Origin: Selaginella moellendorffii
Lineage: Eukaryota; Plantae; Lycopodiophyta
DNA length: 64,000 nucleotides
Assembly (NCBI RefSeq): GCF_000143415.4
Contig: NW_003314267.1
Coordinates: 3,285,407 to 3,349,406 of the forward strand
Direction of reading: 5' to 3'
Part shown: positions 24,314 to 35,715 of the stretch, in pieces
How positions within the stretch are numbered: position 1 is the first letter of the stretch
Layout: every line of letters begins with the position of its first letter
The notes under the pieces: model-generated
Databases searched by the model: none
The model's input: only the letters and a program-made list of their open reading frames with translations
Told to the model about the DNA's origin: nothing
Position numbers and translations under genes: made by a program

Positions 24314-25271
24314 ATGGAGTCTCCAAGCCATCCTGATTTCTTTGCCGAAGTCCTTGCAAAAATCCAGTCTGAGAATACTGACCTGAAGGCGACCCTTCTT
24401 CGCATGCAGCAGGAGCTTGCTTCACTTTCGTCTCAAGAATCCAGCAAAGTTCCTAAACCAAAGGTGAGTTTCCCGGTGAAATTTTCAGGCAAGCGTTCAG
24501 AGCTTTGCAGATTCTTGAACCAGATGGAGCTAATCTTCGCACTTCAACATCGGCAGTACCCCACTCCCAAGTCTCAAATGGGCGCAATCAAAATGTTGCT
24601 CGAAGGTGCAGCTTTGTCATGGTTTTCTCCTCTCCTGGAGAAGAGCATGAAAGGAGTCGTGGTTCTGGAGCTGATGGATCTTCAGTTGTTCAAAGAGAAG
24701 CTCGAAGCATGTTTTGGCGAGACAGATCAGGTTCGGGCTGCCACCATGAAGATGAGATGTCTCTCTCAGGGGTCTCGTCTTACCTCAATCTATGCTATAG
24801 AGTTCCAACTCCTTACCTTGGACACTCAGTGGGATAAGGGGGCTTTGATTGATTAATTTCGTTTCGGCTTCAACAATGGTGTCAAGGATTTGTTGCTCAC
24901 CATGGAGGATCCCACGGACCTATCAGACGCCATCAACAAAACTGTTCGATGCAACAATCGTCTCTTTGAACATTGTCAAAAAAGTCACCGCGCTGCCGTT
25001 TTCCCGTCCCAAACTCAGGAATCCCAGCTTGAGTCTTCAGGGCATACTCTTGAACTTACTACTCCGATCCCGATATTTTTGGTACTCCCCAACTCATCAG
25101 AGGGAAGTTGAGTCCTGCTGAGAAGCAACGTCGAATATCTCATAATCTTTGCCTCTATTGTGCTAATCCTAATCAGTGTGTCCCAAGAAGCCTCCCTAAC
25201 TGCTTGAGTTCACTCTGCCTCAAGGTCCACCTCTGTTGCAGTCAGGAAACGACCCTATCCAAATAGAGTAG
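24314..25271 (+). pseudogene. gag: Chromovirus gag (PEG10/Sushi/Tcn1-like)
   Basis: PKVSFPVKFSGKRSEL..FL, LLEGAALSW and LSQGSR..YA.EF motifs; a truncated LCLYC knuckle; the frame ends SGNDPIQIE*. Confidence 0.85.
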
Positions 25272-25282
25272 GAGCTGTTTGT

Positions 25283-28200
25283 TTGGACTCCCCAAATAAA
25301 AATCACTTTTCTTCTTTATCAAGCTTCTCACCACCTTTTATCAAAGCCACCACCAATTCCCGTAACTTCTGCATCCCATGTCTCCTTTCTTTCATTGGAC
25401 AATTAGGACTCAAGGCTCTGGTGCTGCTAAACTCGGGTGCAACTTCCTGCTTCATAGACACGGACTTTGCTGCCCGACATCATGTTCCTCTTTCTCCTAC
25501 CATACAGGATCTGAGGGTTGAAGGCATCAGCGGGCATTTTGTGTCTCCATCTTTTGGACTTAGGGAAACGTTGCCCATTCGAGTACACATCGGGTCCACC
25601 GTCACTAATATCGCCTTCAACATCATCAACAACAAGTCCTCCTCTATGGTGCTCGGCCTTCCTTGGTTCCAACTACACCGGCCTCAGATCTGTTGGAAGG
25701 AATTACAGCTTGTCTCTCCCATGTCACCATCTCCCATAGCTTTCCCTGCTATTCATCGAGTCTAACCAAGGAAAAGTTCCCTCAACTCAAATCGGGGTTC
25801 TATTCCTGACTCTACGAAGTTTTCACCCTCTTCTTTTCCCTCCCTTCCATCTTACACTGGACAGTATCCTTGTCTCATCATTCCATTTAGTCGTACGCCT
25901 CCTCCTATCTCCACAATCACTATGAAAGAACTCCTTCATGAAGAACCTATTTTCCTTTTTGCTTTACATGTTTCTCCTGTCAGTCTTCCTGAGAAGTATC
26001 ATGATTTTGGGGATGTGTTTGAAAATAAAAAAAGCTAGTGTACTACCTGTTCATTGGCCTTATGACTGTCCCATTGATTTACAGGAAGGAGCGTCACCTC
26101 CATGGGGGCCTATCTACGGGTTATCCCCATTCGAGCTTAAGGCCCTCAAAGAGTACATGAATGACAACCTTGCCTTGGGGTACATTCAGCATTCACAATC
26201 CTCGGCTAGAGTGCCTATCTTCTTTGTCAAGAAAAAGGATGGGAGTTTGCGGCTAGTCATCGACTACCGAGGTTTGAACAAGGTGACTGTTCGGAACCGT
26301 TATCCACTGCCTTTGATCTCGGACCTGTTAGAACACCTCAGTAGTGCCTACTTCTTCACCAAGATCAACCTCCGTGGAGCATACAACCTGATCCGGATCC
26401 GGCCTGGCAATGAATGGAAGACTATGTTTCGAACCCGCTATGGCCACTTCGAGTACACTGTCATGCCATTTGGCTTGACAAATGCTCCAACAGTTTTCCA
26501 ACATATGGTGAACGACGTCTATTGGGAGTTTCTTGATCAGATGGTGATTGTTTACCTAGACGATATCCTCATCTACTCAAAAAATCAAAAGGAGAACAAC
26601 GAGCATGTGCACAAGGTGCTAGCATAGCTGTGTGAACACGGCCTATACGTGAAGCTTGAGAAATGTTCCTTTAATCAGGAGTCTGTGGAGTTCCTTGGGT
26701 ACATTGTCACTTCTGAGGGTATCACGATGGATCCTACCAAAGTCAAGACTATTCTCGAATGGGAGCCTACAATCAATGTCGGATGTTCAGGTTTTCCTTG
26801 GCTTCACCAACTTCTATCGCAAATTCATTGATCACTACTTTAACATTGTCCTTCCTCTCACGCATTTCACTCGCAAGGATGTTCCCTTCTCTTGGTCTAT
26901 TGCTGCCCAGCAGGCCTTCGACACACTCAAGGTGGCCTTCAATTCTACTCCCATCTTGACCCATGCTGATCCCTCACAACCTTTCTTCATTGAGGCTGAC
27001 ACCTCCGACAATGCTATCGGTGCTGTGCTGTCTCAATTCAGAGCGGATTAGGAATTTCATCCGGTTGCTTTTTAATCTCGGAAAATCCAGCCTGTGGAGA
27101 TCAATTACAAAATCCACGACAAGGAGCTCCTTGCCATCATGGATTCTTTGGAGAGTGGTGTCGTTTCTTGGAGGGGGCAAGCCATCAGACAACGGTCTGG
27201 ACGGATCACAAAAATCTCGAGTACTTTGCCACCTCCCGAGTTTTGAGCTGTCGTCAGGCAAGGTGGGCAGAATTCCTGAGTCAGTTTGACTTTGTTATCA
27301 AGTACAAACCTAGAAAGCTTCAAAGCCTTCCTGATGCTCTTTCAAGGCACTCCTATCTCAGTCTCAGGCCTGGTAATCCTGCCTTCAATCAACATGATTA
27401 GGTTATCCTTAGTCCTAATCAGCTTCAAGTTATGGCAATTTCCCTGGCCCCTCAGGACTCCTCCTTGATGGATGCAATCAGAAACGATCTTTAATCCGAC
27501 GACCTCGCCAGCGATATTTTCCCCCATCTTCAGGTTGGACACCCAGTGACTCCCGACTGTCAGTGATTTGACAAGTTCGAGTTCTTAGATGGCTTGTTGT
27601 ACCATGGGGAGCAGCCTTATGTTCCTGAACGTGATGCTCAAAGGTTGGTCCTGATGGCATGCCACGATAGCCCGACTACTGGTCACTTCGGCATTGCGAA
27701 AACCTCTGAGCTGGTTGCACAAGACTTTTGGTGCCCTCACATGAACGACTACATCAAAGCTTTTGTTACCTCCTGTGACACTTGTGCCAAAAATAAGGTA
27801 CCTTGCCACCTTCCTTCAGGTTTGCTTCATTCCCTCCCGATCCCTTCATGTCCTTGGGAATCCATCTCCATGGATTTCTTGAGTGATCTTCCGAGTTCTG
27901 GAGGCTTCAAGAGCATTTTAGTCGTGGTGGATCACTTCACAAAGATGGCACACTTCCTGCTGTGTACCAAGGAGTTTTCGGGCAAGGACATGGGAAAACT
28001 GGTATTCAGAGAAATTTTCCGACTTCATAGGATTCCTATAGATGTGGTTTCGGATCGGGGACCTCAGTTCATCTCTCATTTCTGGCAACGGTTCTTATAG
28101 TTGCTTGGAGTGAAGGCTAACCTCTCTTCGGCATATCATCCTCAAACTAATGGATAGTCTGAGTGAACGATTCAATCATTGGAATAATTCCTGAGGTGCT

Positions 28201-28920
28201 TCATTAACTATCATCAGGACGACTGGTTTGATATCCTTCCCCTTGCTTAGTTCTCTTATAACAATTCTATTCACTCCTCCCTTTGAGTTTCTCCCTTCTT
28301 TGGAAACTCTGGCTGAAATCCCCGATTCAATCTCTCACTTCCTTTTCCATTCGAATCCTCTCGTTCAAATCCCCACTCTGAGGCATTTGTCTCCAACCTC
28401 TAGGAAATCCACAACTCCATCTCCTTCCACCTCCATTGTGCTCAGAAATCTCACAAAACATTTGCCAATGTCCATCGTCAGGATTGTCCCCCTTACAATA
28501 TCGGGGATAAAGTCTAGCTCCTTAGGCGAAATATCTCCACCACCAGACTATGTCCCACACTTGATTTCAAATGCCTTGGTCCTTTCCCTATCACTGCCAT
28601 CATTAATTCTATCACTTATCGCCTTGCACTTCCTTCCCCATATCAAATTCACCCCATTTTTCACTCCTCTCTCTTTGAGCTTTATATTCCCAATCCTATT
28701 CCAAATCGGGTTATTCCTTCGCCTCCACTAGTGCAGCTCGAGGATGGGTCTGAGTACGAGGTTTAGGACCATCCTTGATTCCAAGATCTCACGGTCTAAA
28801 CTCTACTATCTGGTAGACTAGAAGGGTTACAGACTTGAGGAACGCACTTGGGAACTTATGGACAACTTGATTCATTCTCCTGACCTTGTTCGGGACTTCC
28901 ATTACCGCTATCCTTCTTGT
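25283..28920 (+). pseudogene. pol: Chromovirus pol (protease, RT, RNase H, integrase, chromodomain)
   Basis: LLNSGATSCFI; RLVIDYRGLN; MPFGLTNAP; VYLDDILIYS; EADTSD; WTDHKNL; GHFG..CDTC; SDRGPQF; chromodomain EYEV..ILDS....YLV.*KGY....TWE at ~28750-28855. Confidence 0.92.
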
Positions 28921-30158
28921 CCTAGTCCTCATTCTTTTTCTCCATCTCCCATCCCTCGCCACCCATCTCATCCTCCTCTTTGTTCTCATTCATGTTCTCA
29001 TTCCACTCATTCTTGAGGAGGGGGTGCTATAAGGAATCCCCCAATTCTTGCCACATTCCTGACTCTCGCCAGATTCCTAACCTATAGACCACATTCCTAA
29101 CTCTTGAGACACTTCCCTATTCCTGACTCTCTGATTTCCCGTATAATTCCTGCATCTCGAGCCACATTCCTAATGATGATATGGTGCCTCCTCAACCTCG
29201 GCTATATTTAGGCCGTCTTTGATCCAAGAGTGATGGAGCTTCATCAACCTATAGTATATATAGGTTAGCCTTGTTCCATTTCTCCACAATCTGAATCAAC
29301 ACCAATCTAAGGCCTCTTCTTCGTTTTCACTATCTTTTCTCTTTGTCTTTTACATTTTCCAATCTTGATCTTGTTGGGGGTCTTGACAATAGGAACTCTA
29401 TGCCAGAAAGAGTGGCACACTCGGTAATGCAAAGAAATAGCTGGTTGATACGCTTAACTTCAACACACAAGCTAGGCAAATTGGCGTTATATCAAATCCA
29501 AGCACTTGCAATAGAAATTAGAAAATAGTTTCTAGAAAGTGGGTAGTGACAGCTTCACACATAGTTGGGAATGATGGCATACATAGATTAGGCACCATGC
29601 ACATCAATGTTCTAATTTGAGACTACTCATCCAGAAAGAATTTAAACTTTGATAACCCTAGGGCACAACAACACAAGATGTATGTCCAGACTTTAGTGTA
29701 GTGAACATTGTGGAGGAGGAAATTCATGACTCATTATAGGCTTTATAACATGTTGGGAAAGATAAATGTGCCACATGTAAAGGATGGCTTAAAGTGGAAT
29801 GCAAACATTGCAAAAAGTCAATTCCAAAAAATATAGTGATGCCGAGCATAATAAGATACAGGACTTGGTAGGATAACATAATCATCCAAACATTTCGGTT
29901 TTGTGCAAATGACATTTGACATTGTTGGACCTATTGTGTGATCTTAAAGGGTTCAGTCGTACTCCACTACAATGGCTAGTTGCTAAAGGTACATTGATAA
30001 CTTTGGCAGAGCTACACCAGTTGCAAAAGGGAGGATTTGTGCTTAAACCCATAGGCTTGGAAAATCCTCTGGAGGATCCAATCCTATCAAAACTTATTCA
30101 AGTGGACAAAGAAATCTCAACACTAACTCCAACATTAATTGCTACTTTAGGTAAATGA

Positions 30159-30320
30159 TGTAACACATGTGATTATGAAATGAAATTTAGATATACTGTA
30201 ACCGTGGATCTTTAAAACTTTAGAAGATAAATAGGGATAAAATAACCATTAAAGGCTTTCTCATCAAATAATTGCCCCTTTTCCAATTAGCTTAAAAAGA
30301 GAGAGATGGGATGTGTTACA
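30159..30320 (+). mobile_element. Solo LTR (162 bp) of the TRIM family at 49942-50612
   Basis: TG...CA ends, perfect TSD AATGA, colinear with 49942-50103. Confidence 0.88.
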
Positions 30321-31199
30321 AATGATCTTTTAAAAAAAATATTATCTCTTTAGGATTTGCCTCAAAAGACATAAATACACCAATGTCACGAGATGGAATA
30401 AGAGTGCCAAGGAAGGTTTTCTCTACTCACATTCAGAAAAGGTTACAAAGTGCATTGCTAATGAAGGCAACAATTCTAAATGTGGATGACAATGGAGATA
30501 AGGAGGATGTTTTCCTAAACAACAATGGGAAAACATATAAGGGGATAATAGGAATGGAACATACATGCAATTCTTTTGATTTCCAAAAAGGAGTTCAAAA
30601 TCAGCAGATCAAAGTTGCAAGCACATCATTTCCTTATATCTAAACTGATACAAGATTGATATTACAATTGCATAGACAACCTTTTCACAAAACCAAGCTC
30701 AAGACATTGTGAGAAGAGTAGTATAGATTTCTTGTGTGATTTGATTGTGCATGTGTGATTTCTTTTGTATGCTCATTCTAAATCAAATATATTTTTGTAA
30801 TAAATATAGATCTAGATATATTAATATTAATATTAATAAAGATAATAATACAGATTAATTTAGGTATATACTGGTATATTCAGTGTTGTTGCTACTATGT
30901 ACAAAAAACCATTAAAAGGGACACACTCAGCACCAAGTAATATAATACCTTGTAAGGATATAAGTTTTGTTATAAGCAATCTATAAAACTCCTTCATGTT
31001 TTACAAAGATTAATAGTGTTAGATAGAGTAGAAAGTAAAGATTTATATCAAACCTTAAGTTAATCCAAAGAAGAAAGGAATAGCAGTCAACTTTATCTCT
31101 TTTATAGAGAGAGCCATCAAAATGTAAAACTATAAGAGCTATTGGAAGATATGTTAAGGTTTTTTGTGGGAAACTTAATTTAACAAAGAGAAGTATTTG

Positions 31200-32270
31200 C
31201 CTTTGCTTTAGTTTGCTCACAATAACACTTATCAATTGGCTACTGGTATATCTCCCTTTATGGCAATATATGGCTATGAGCTTAAGTTTCTCTTGAGTTT
31301 AAGTTTGGCTTTGGTTCGGGTACCTCATGCTTATGATTTCCTAGAGGATATGCAAGACAAGTGTGAGTTGGTAAAGTTGAACATGAGGCAAGCTCAAGAT
31401 TGAGATAAAATATTAATTGATGGACATCATCATCATCAAAAGTACAAAGTTGGTGACAAAGTTTTCCTTAATCTATTAGATGCACAACAATCTTTGAAAG
31501 GAGGTGGCAGTGCTAAGTTGTCTTTATGGTATTGTGGGCCTTGGACAATTTTACAATGTGTGGGGGATCTTGCATACACTTTGGCCTTGCCAACTCGTTC
31601 AAAGATTCATCCAATGTTCCATATAAGCAAACTTAAACCGTATTTACACTCTGGTGATGTTGTGAATTAATCCATCATCTAGGTCTTAGAGATTGATGCT
31701 AAGAAGGCTGGTCCAACCAATATTCTTACTCAAAGATTGGTGAAAACACATTGGAAAATAACTAAAGAGCTGTTAATTTAATGGAATAATTATTCTATAG
31801 ATGAAGTTATATAGGAAACTAAGGATGATATGAAAAGAGTGTTTTTGAGTTTTGGTTATAACTTGGATGACATTCCTGAGGAAGGGGAGAATTAAGTTTT
31901 ATAGTTATAATATTATATGATTTAAGTCATTTGTTCTATTCTCATTCTTTTGTTTCCATGACTATATTATCATGCAAAAAAACTATATTGCTTTCTTTCT
32001 TTCGTGGCCGTTTGTTGCATCCCATTTGCACATATTTTCTTTATGGTTGTATTACCTTGGACTCCTTTCATATAAAGCTTGTTTAGCTTCTTGAGGCTAC
32101 CATCCATAGTTGGGTTATGAGGGAGGGGAGAATAATACAAACCATTTTAAGAATATTCTATGGCCGGTGGGATTTAAAGCCGTAATGCCTCAAGGGTTGG
32201 GAGGTTGGTCTAGGGTTCACTCTCTTGTTCGTTTCATTAGAAATGTATTTTTTGCCTCTCTGTCAATTGA
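31200..32270 (+). mobile_element. Old Gypsy fragment: integrase C-terminus, chromodomain-like relic, PPT and partial LTR
   Basis: ATGISPFMAIYGY, YKVGDKVFL, KLSLWYCGPW and AYTLALP..SKIHPMFHISKLK motifs. PPT-like GAGGAAGGGGAG (~31878) and GAGGGAGGGGAG (~32118). Confidence 0.75.
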
Positions 32271-32620
32271 ACATTGAAGTTCTGTAAGCACCACTATTAG
32301 AAAATAAAGAAGGCAGAGCGCATTCATAGCTTACACTAAGAGTCCAATGATAAAAGCTAGTGATGCTCTCATGGTAGTTTCCTCTTCCATAGGCAGATAA
32401 TGCATGGGAGCCTTGAACAATCTGATGGCAGTAGGATAGTCCTCTCCTTGAAAGAAATCCAAGACACTATTACAAAATGCACCAAAATCAGCTCCAATAT
32501 AACGAACTCCAGCTGGTTTAGGGTTTAGGAAAAGTCATCTCACAAAGTGGGATTTTTTCCCGTGGAAAGAACAACTGTGCTTGTTTTAAATAAGAGGGGT
32601 CAACAAAGAGGGGTCTACTT

Positions 32621-33415
32621 TCAGCTCTCCAAGAGAGCCATCTCATTACCCTTGCCTTCTGGAGCTTCTTGGGCAGCCTTGGCCGCCACCTTGGCTTCAA
32701 CCATGTCCAAGCAGACTCTGTCCGGTCGGCCTCCAGCAGGTACCCATCCTTGAACTCATCCCAAAACTCCATGCCAGGCCGGGGATAGTAAGGATCATTG
32801 ACAAAGAAGCTGTCAACGAGTGCGTCCACATTATTGTTGTGAGGGTTCCACTGGTTGAAATCGAAGCAGGCAAACCCAGGGTTGGAGAAGGTCCTCAGCT
32901 CATCACCACCCATGACGAACTCGATGTCGCGACCATCCAGTCTTGGATTAAAGAAGAGCAAAAGTAACACACGAATGAAACAGTACAAAGCTGAAAACAC
33001 CTGCGAGGTGGTGGATCCTGGTGAGAAGTCTACCCATTTCTTGGGCCAGCAATTCGATCGGCAGCCCCAGCTCCCTGTAACGATTGGCATCCAGCGGGAA
33101 GTTATTGGCATTGAAGAATCGAGACGCCAGGCGCGGGCGTTTCACACCCAAGTAGATCTGCGTGACGAAGGATTTGGAGTAGCCGGAGTGGAGTGCAGGG
33201 AAGAACTTGGCCCTAATGGAATCCACGCGGGCCAGACTTGCCGCATTGTGTACACGGTGGGTATAGTTGGCAGCAGCAACGAATCCATTCACAGGCACTC
33301 TGCCAGTGATGTGAGAGAAGGGAAGAATTCGACAGGCTTGGGCACCAGAAAGAGGAGATTCTCTGCGCCTTCGCATGCCTTACTTATCTTTTGGTGATTC
33401 TCAAACTCATCAAGC
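32621..33415 (-). pseudogene. DUF3669-family kinase-like pseudogene (left-arm copy; 5'-truncated, frameshifted, splice acceptor mutated)
   Basis: IYLG....FFNANNFPLD..Y.ELGL.....AQEMG..L..IH..AGLDGRDIEFVMGG...FDFNQ...FFVNDPYYPRP; mirror image of 59300-60101. Confidence 0.8.
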
Positions 33416-33418
33416 ACC

Positions 33419-33625
33419 ATGTTCTCATATCCTTGCATCGGGGGCATGTTTTGGAAATGCTGTGGTTGGAGACGAATGCTACTTCATAGGCGGTGTGTAG
33501 ATTCTTTCTATCTGTGGCTCTATTCAATGGTTTTTGTGTCTGACAAACAAGAAACGTTGCTCTTTGACATGAAGACGCTAAACTGGACAGTTGTGCCTGT
33601 GGAACCACATCTCACTGGCAAGGTA
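33419..33625 (+). pseudogene. Possible kelch-repeat exon fragment (mirror copy at ~58555-58765, minus strand)
   Basis: ETLLFDMKTLNWTVVP resembles the end of a kelch repeat and is followed by an AAG|GTAAAC donor. Confidence 0.3.
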
Positions 33626-35715
33626 AACTTAGTCACTTCAGTGTTCTTGTGTGTGAGTCGTAGTACAGGGCTTGACTCTAGTGTATGCAACAATGAATAG
33701 TCAAAACATTCCAATAGCCTTGTGGGGTGTAGGGGTATGTTTATGCCAATATACCCTAACTTCTTAATGTTTTTTTCCACTGCCTTCATGATGCAAACTA
33801 TGACGTCCTACTGTGTGCCACACAAAACAAACACTGGATTGCTCCATGTCAGGGAAGCAAATGGGCTGGTCCTTGGGTGTTCAGTGCTCCTGATGTAGGA
33901 AAGCCCTGCAGTGGAGATTCAAGCTTAGATTGGTGGTTTGATGAGAGCTGTCACTGGAGTTAGCATCACTGCTAGTGACCCTGTATCTCCATGGGAGGAA
34001 CTAATCTTTTGTGCTCCAAGCAGTGAAACTAGCCAAAGCAGTTTCATACTACTAGAAAGATAGACTTACAGTAATTGGTAAAAATGAACTACAAATACTG
34101 CGGGTAGTAAAATCCTAACACCACAAAATTCAACTTGACCTAAAGCTACAATCCATAGATATCAAGGAGTGCAAGAAATTCCTTTCCAGATGAAGTTGTG
34201 AGTGTGTGAGTGTGCGAGAGTGTGGAGAGCCATGGTTAGGATGGAGAGATGCTTTAGCAATTTTTCATATAATCAGATGTCTAACAAGGTATTTTCTTTC
34301 TTCTTCTTTGCTCCTCAATAATTGCTATTGATGGCTCCAACCATAACTTCATCAAGATAATAGTATTGTTGATCTAGATTCAAGTTGTAAAAAATCATTG
34401 TAGCAAGAAGAAATTTCTTAGTTCTATTTAAATCCATCTTTCATATTAAAATTAGAATTTGAACAACTAGTGGCAAAGTAAAGCTAAAGTGACTAACTTT
34501 TTATCTTTGGGAGTGATTTTGGCTCTAAAGTGCTAGTGAGCAATATGCAAGTAGTCAATTGATCCATGTGGCAATGACATAGCAATATGATATGGCAGTA
34601 ATGGGGTGGCAGTTGGCAATGTGGCAAAATAAAGATTTTAGAAGTTAAGCAAAAAGAATTAAGGGCTAGCCTTCTAGGACTATAGCTGGATGCAAAAACC
34701 ATAGCATTAATCTATAGGATATGGGTAAGGAGTGGCAAAACATGAAGAATCCACACATAGATAATAAAATATTAACAAGCTAGCAAAATCTTGGGCTTGA
34801 GAGTATGAAATGCAAGAGGTTGAAGTTGGTGGTGATTGAGCAAAAAAGAGAGCATTTGGAGCAGTTGAGTTGGAACAATTGAGAATTAACATTTGTTAAT
34901 CTCTAATGCATTGCAAGCTGGGTAGCAACATTCCTAATGGGAGTGAGGCCTTGATAGGGCCAAGATGTGAGACACAAATTCCTAAGCCCCAAAGTAGAGC
35001 TGAAAGGGTGCCACATAGTAGTGGCCGAAATAGAAGCCTAGCTCATGCTCTGGAATTAAGGTTCTTGGGCGACAGCTAAGAATAGGGCTCCTGGCAACTA
35101 GGGCCCTGTTCTAAGGCTAGGGTTCTAGTGGGTTTAGGGTTTTAGTTGCAGTCTTAGGAGGCTCTTAAGGTATCTCGACAGTGGACAAACAGTTGCAAAA
35201 ACTCTAAAAATGGAGCTCTTTGCCAAGATCTAGGTAATCTTGCTTGCCTTGTTGTGTGATAAGAGCGATAGTGGTCAAAGATTGGTGGAGTTGGATGTCA
35301 CCTTAGGGGTGACTTGGAGCAACTAGGACTTGAAAAAGTTCACAGCTTTCTGGATTCTCTTTGGAAGACCACACATGATGTCTTGCTTTGAGGATGATTG
35401 GGAAGGGAGGATTTTTTGGATCTAGTGGCTTGCTACCACGTTTGGGGCCAGCAACTGAGAGAGACAATTTGATGCTGCACGTGTAAGGGATTTACACGTT
35501 TCCTCTCCAATGCTAAATCTGGAGCATTTGGCTCCTTTAGGAGGAGGTTTAGGCCATTTCTCTAGTCCTTAGGGCTAGGACTCTTCTGAAGGTTGGCTAG
35601 TGCACTTGTCCCGTGTGGTAGCTTCGACTATGAGTTGGAGGATGTTCACACCTCGCATGGATTTACAAGTTGGAGTCACACTGCAACTGGGCATTGTTTT
35701 GGTACTTGAGGCATA

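Larger units (their letters stand above)
23824..29388 (+). mobile_element. Tcn1-like chromovirus (Ty3/Gypsy), full length, degenerate
   Basis: LTRs at 23824-24215 and 29028-29388; degenerate TSD GCAGG/ATAGG; PPT TTGAGGAGGGGG at 29013-29024. Domain order is gag-PR-RT-RH-IN-chromodomain. Confidence 0.93.
19900..30640 (+). pseudogene. Decayed Mutator (MULE)-like transposase gene interrupted by family B/Cassandra, the chromovirus and a TRIM solo LTR
   Basis: Relic peptides VHFD..VKGWATIDTHVYD (~22951-23013), GFMA.KARANWNTIR (~23238-23282), ECFAFHFKLSL (CxxH-like), PNMNHLEMKHVSW, and a Cys-rich C-terminus (CATC...CKHCKK...FCAND, ~29770-29930). Short GT-AG introns are present. Ends not defined. 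Confidence 0.55.
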
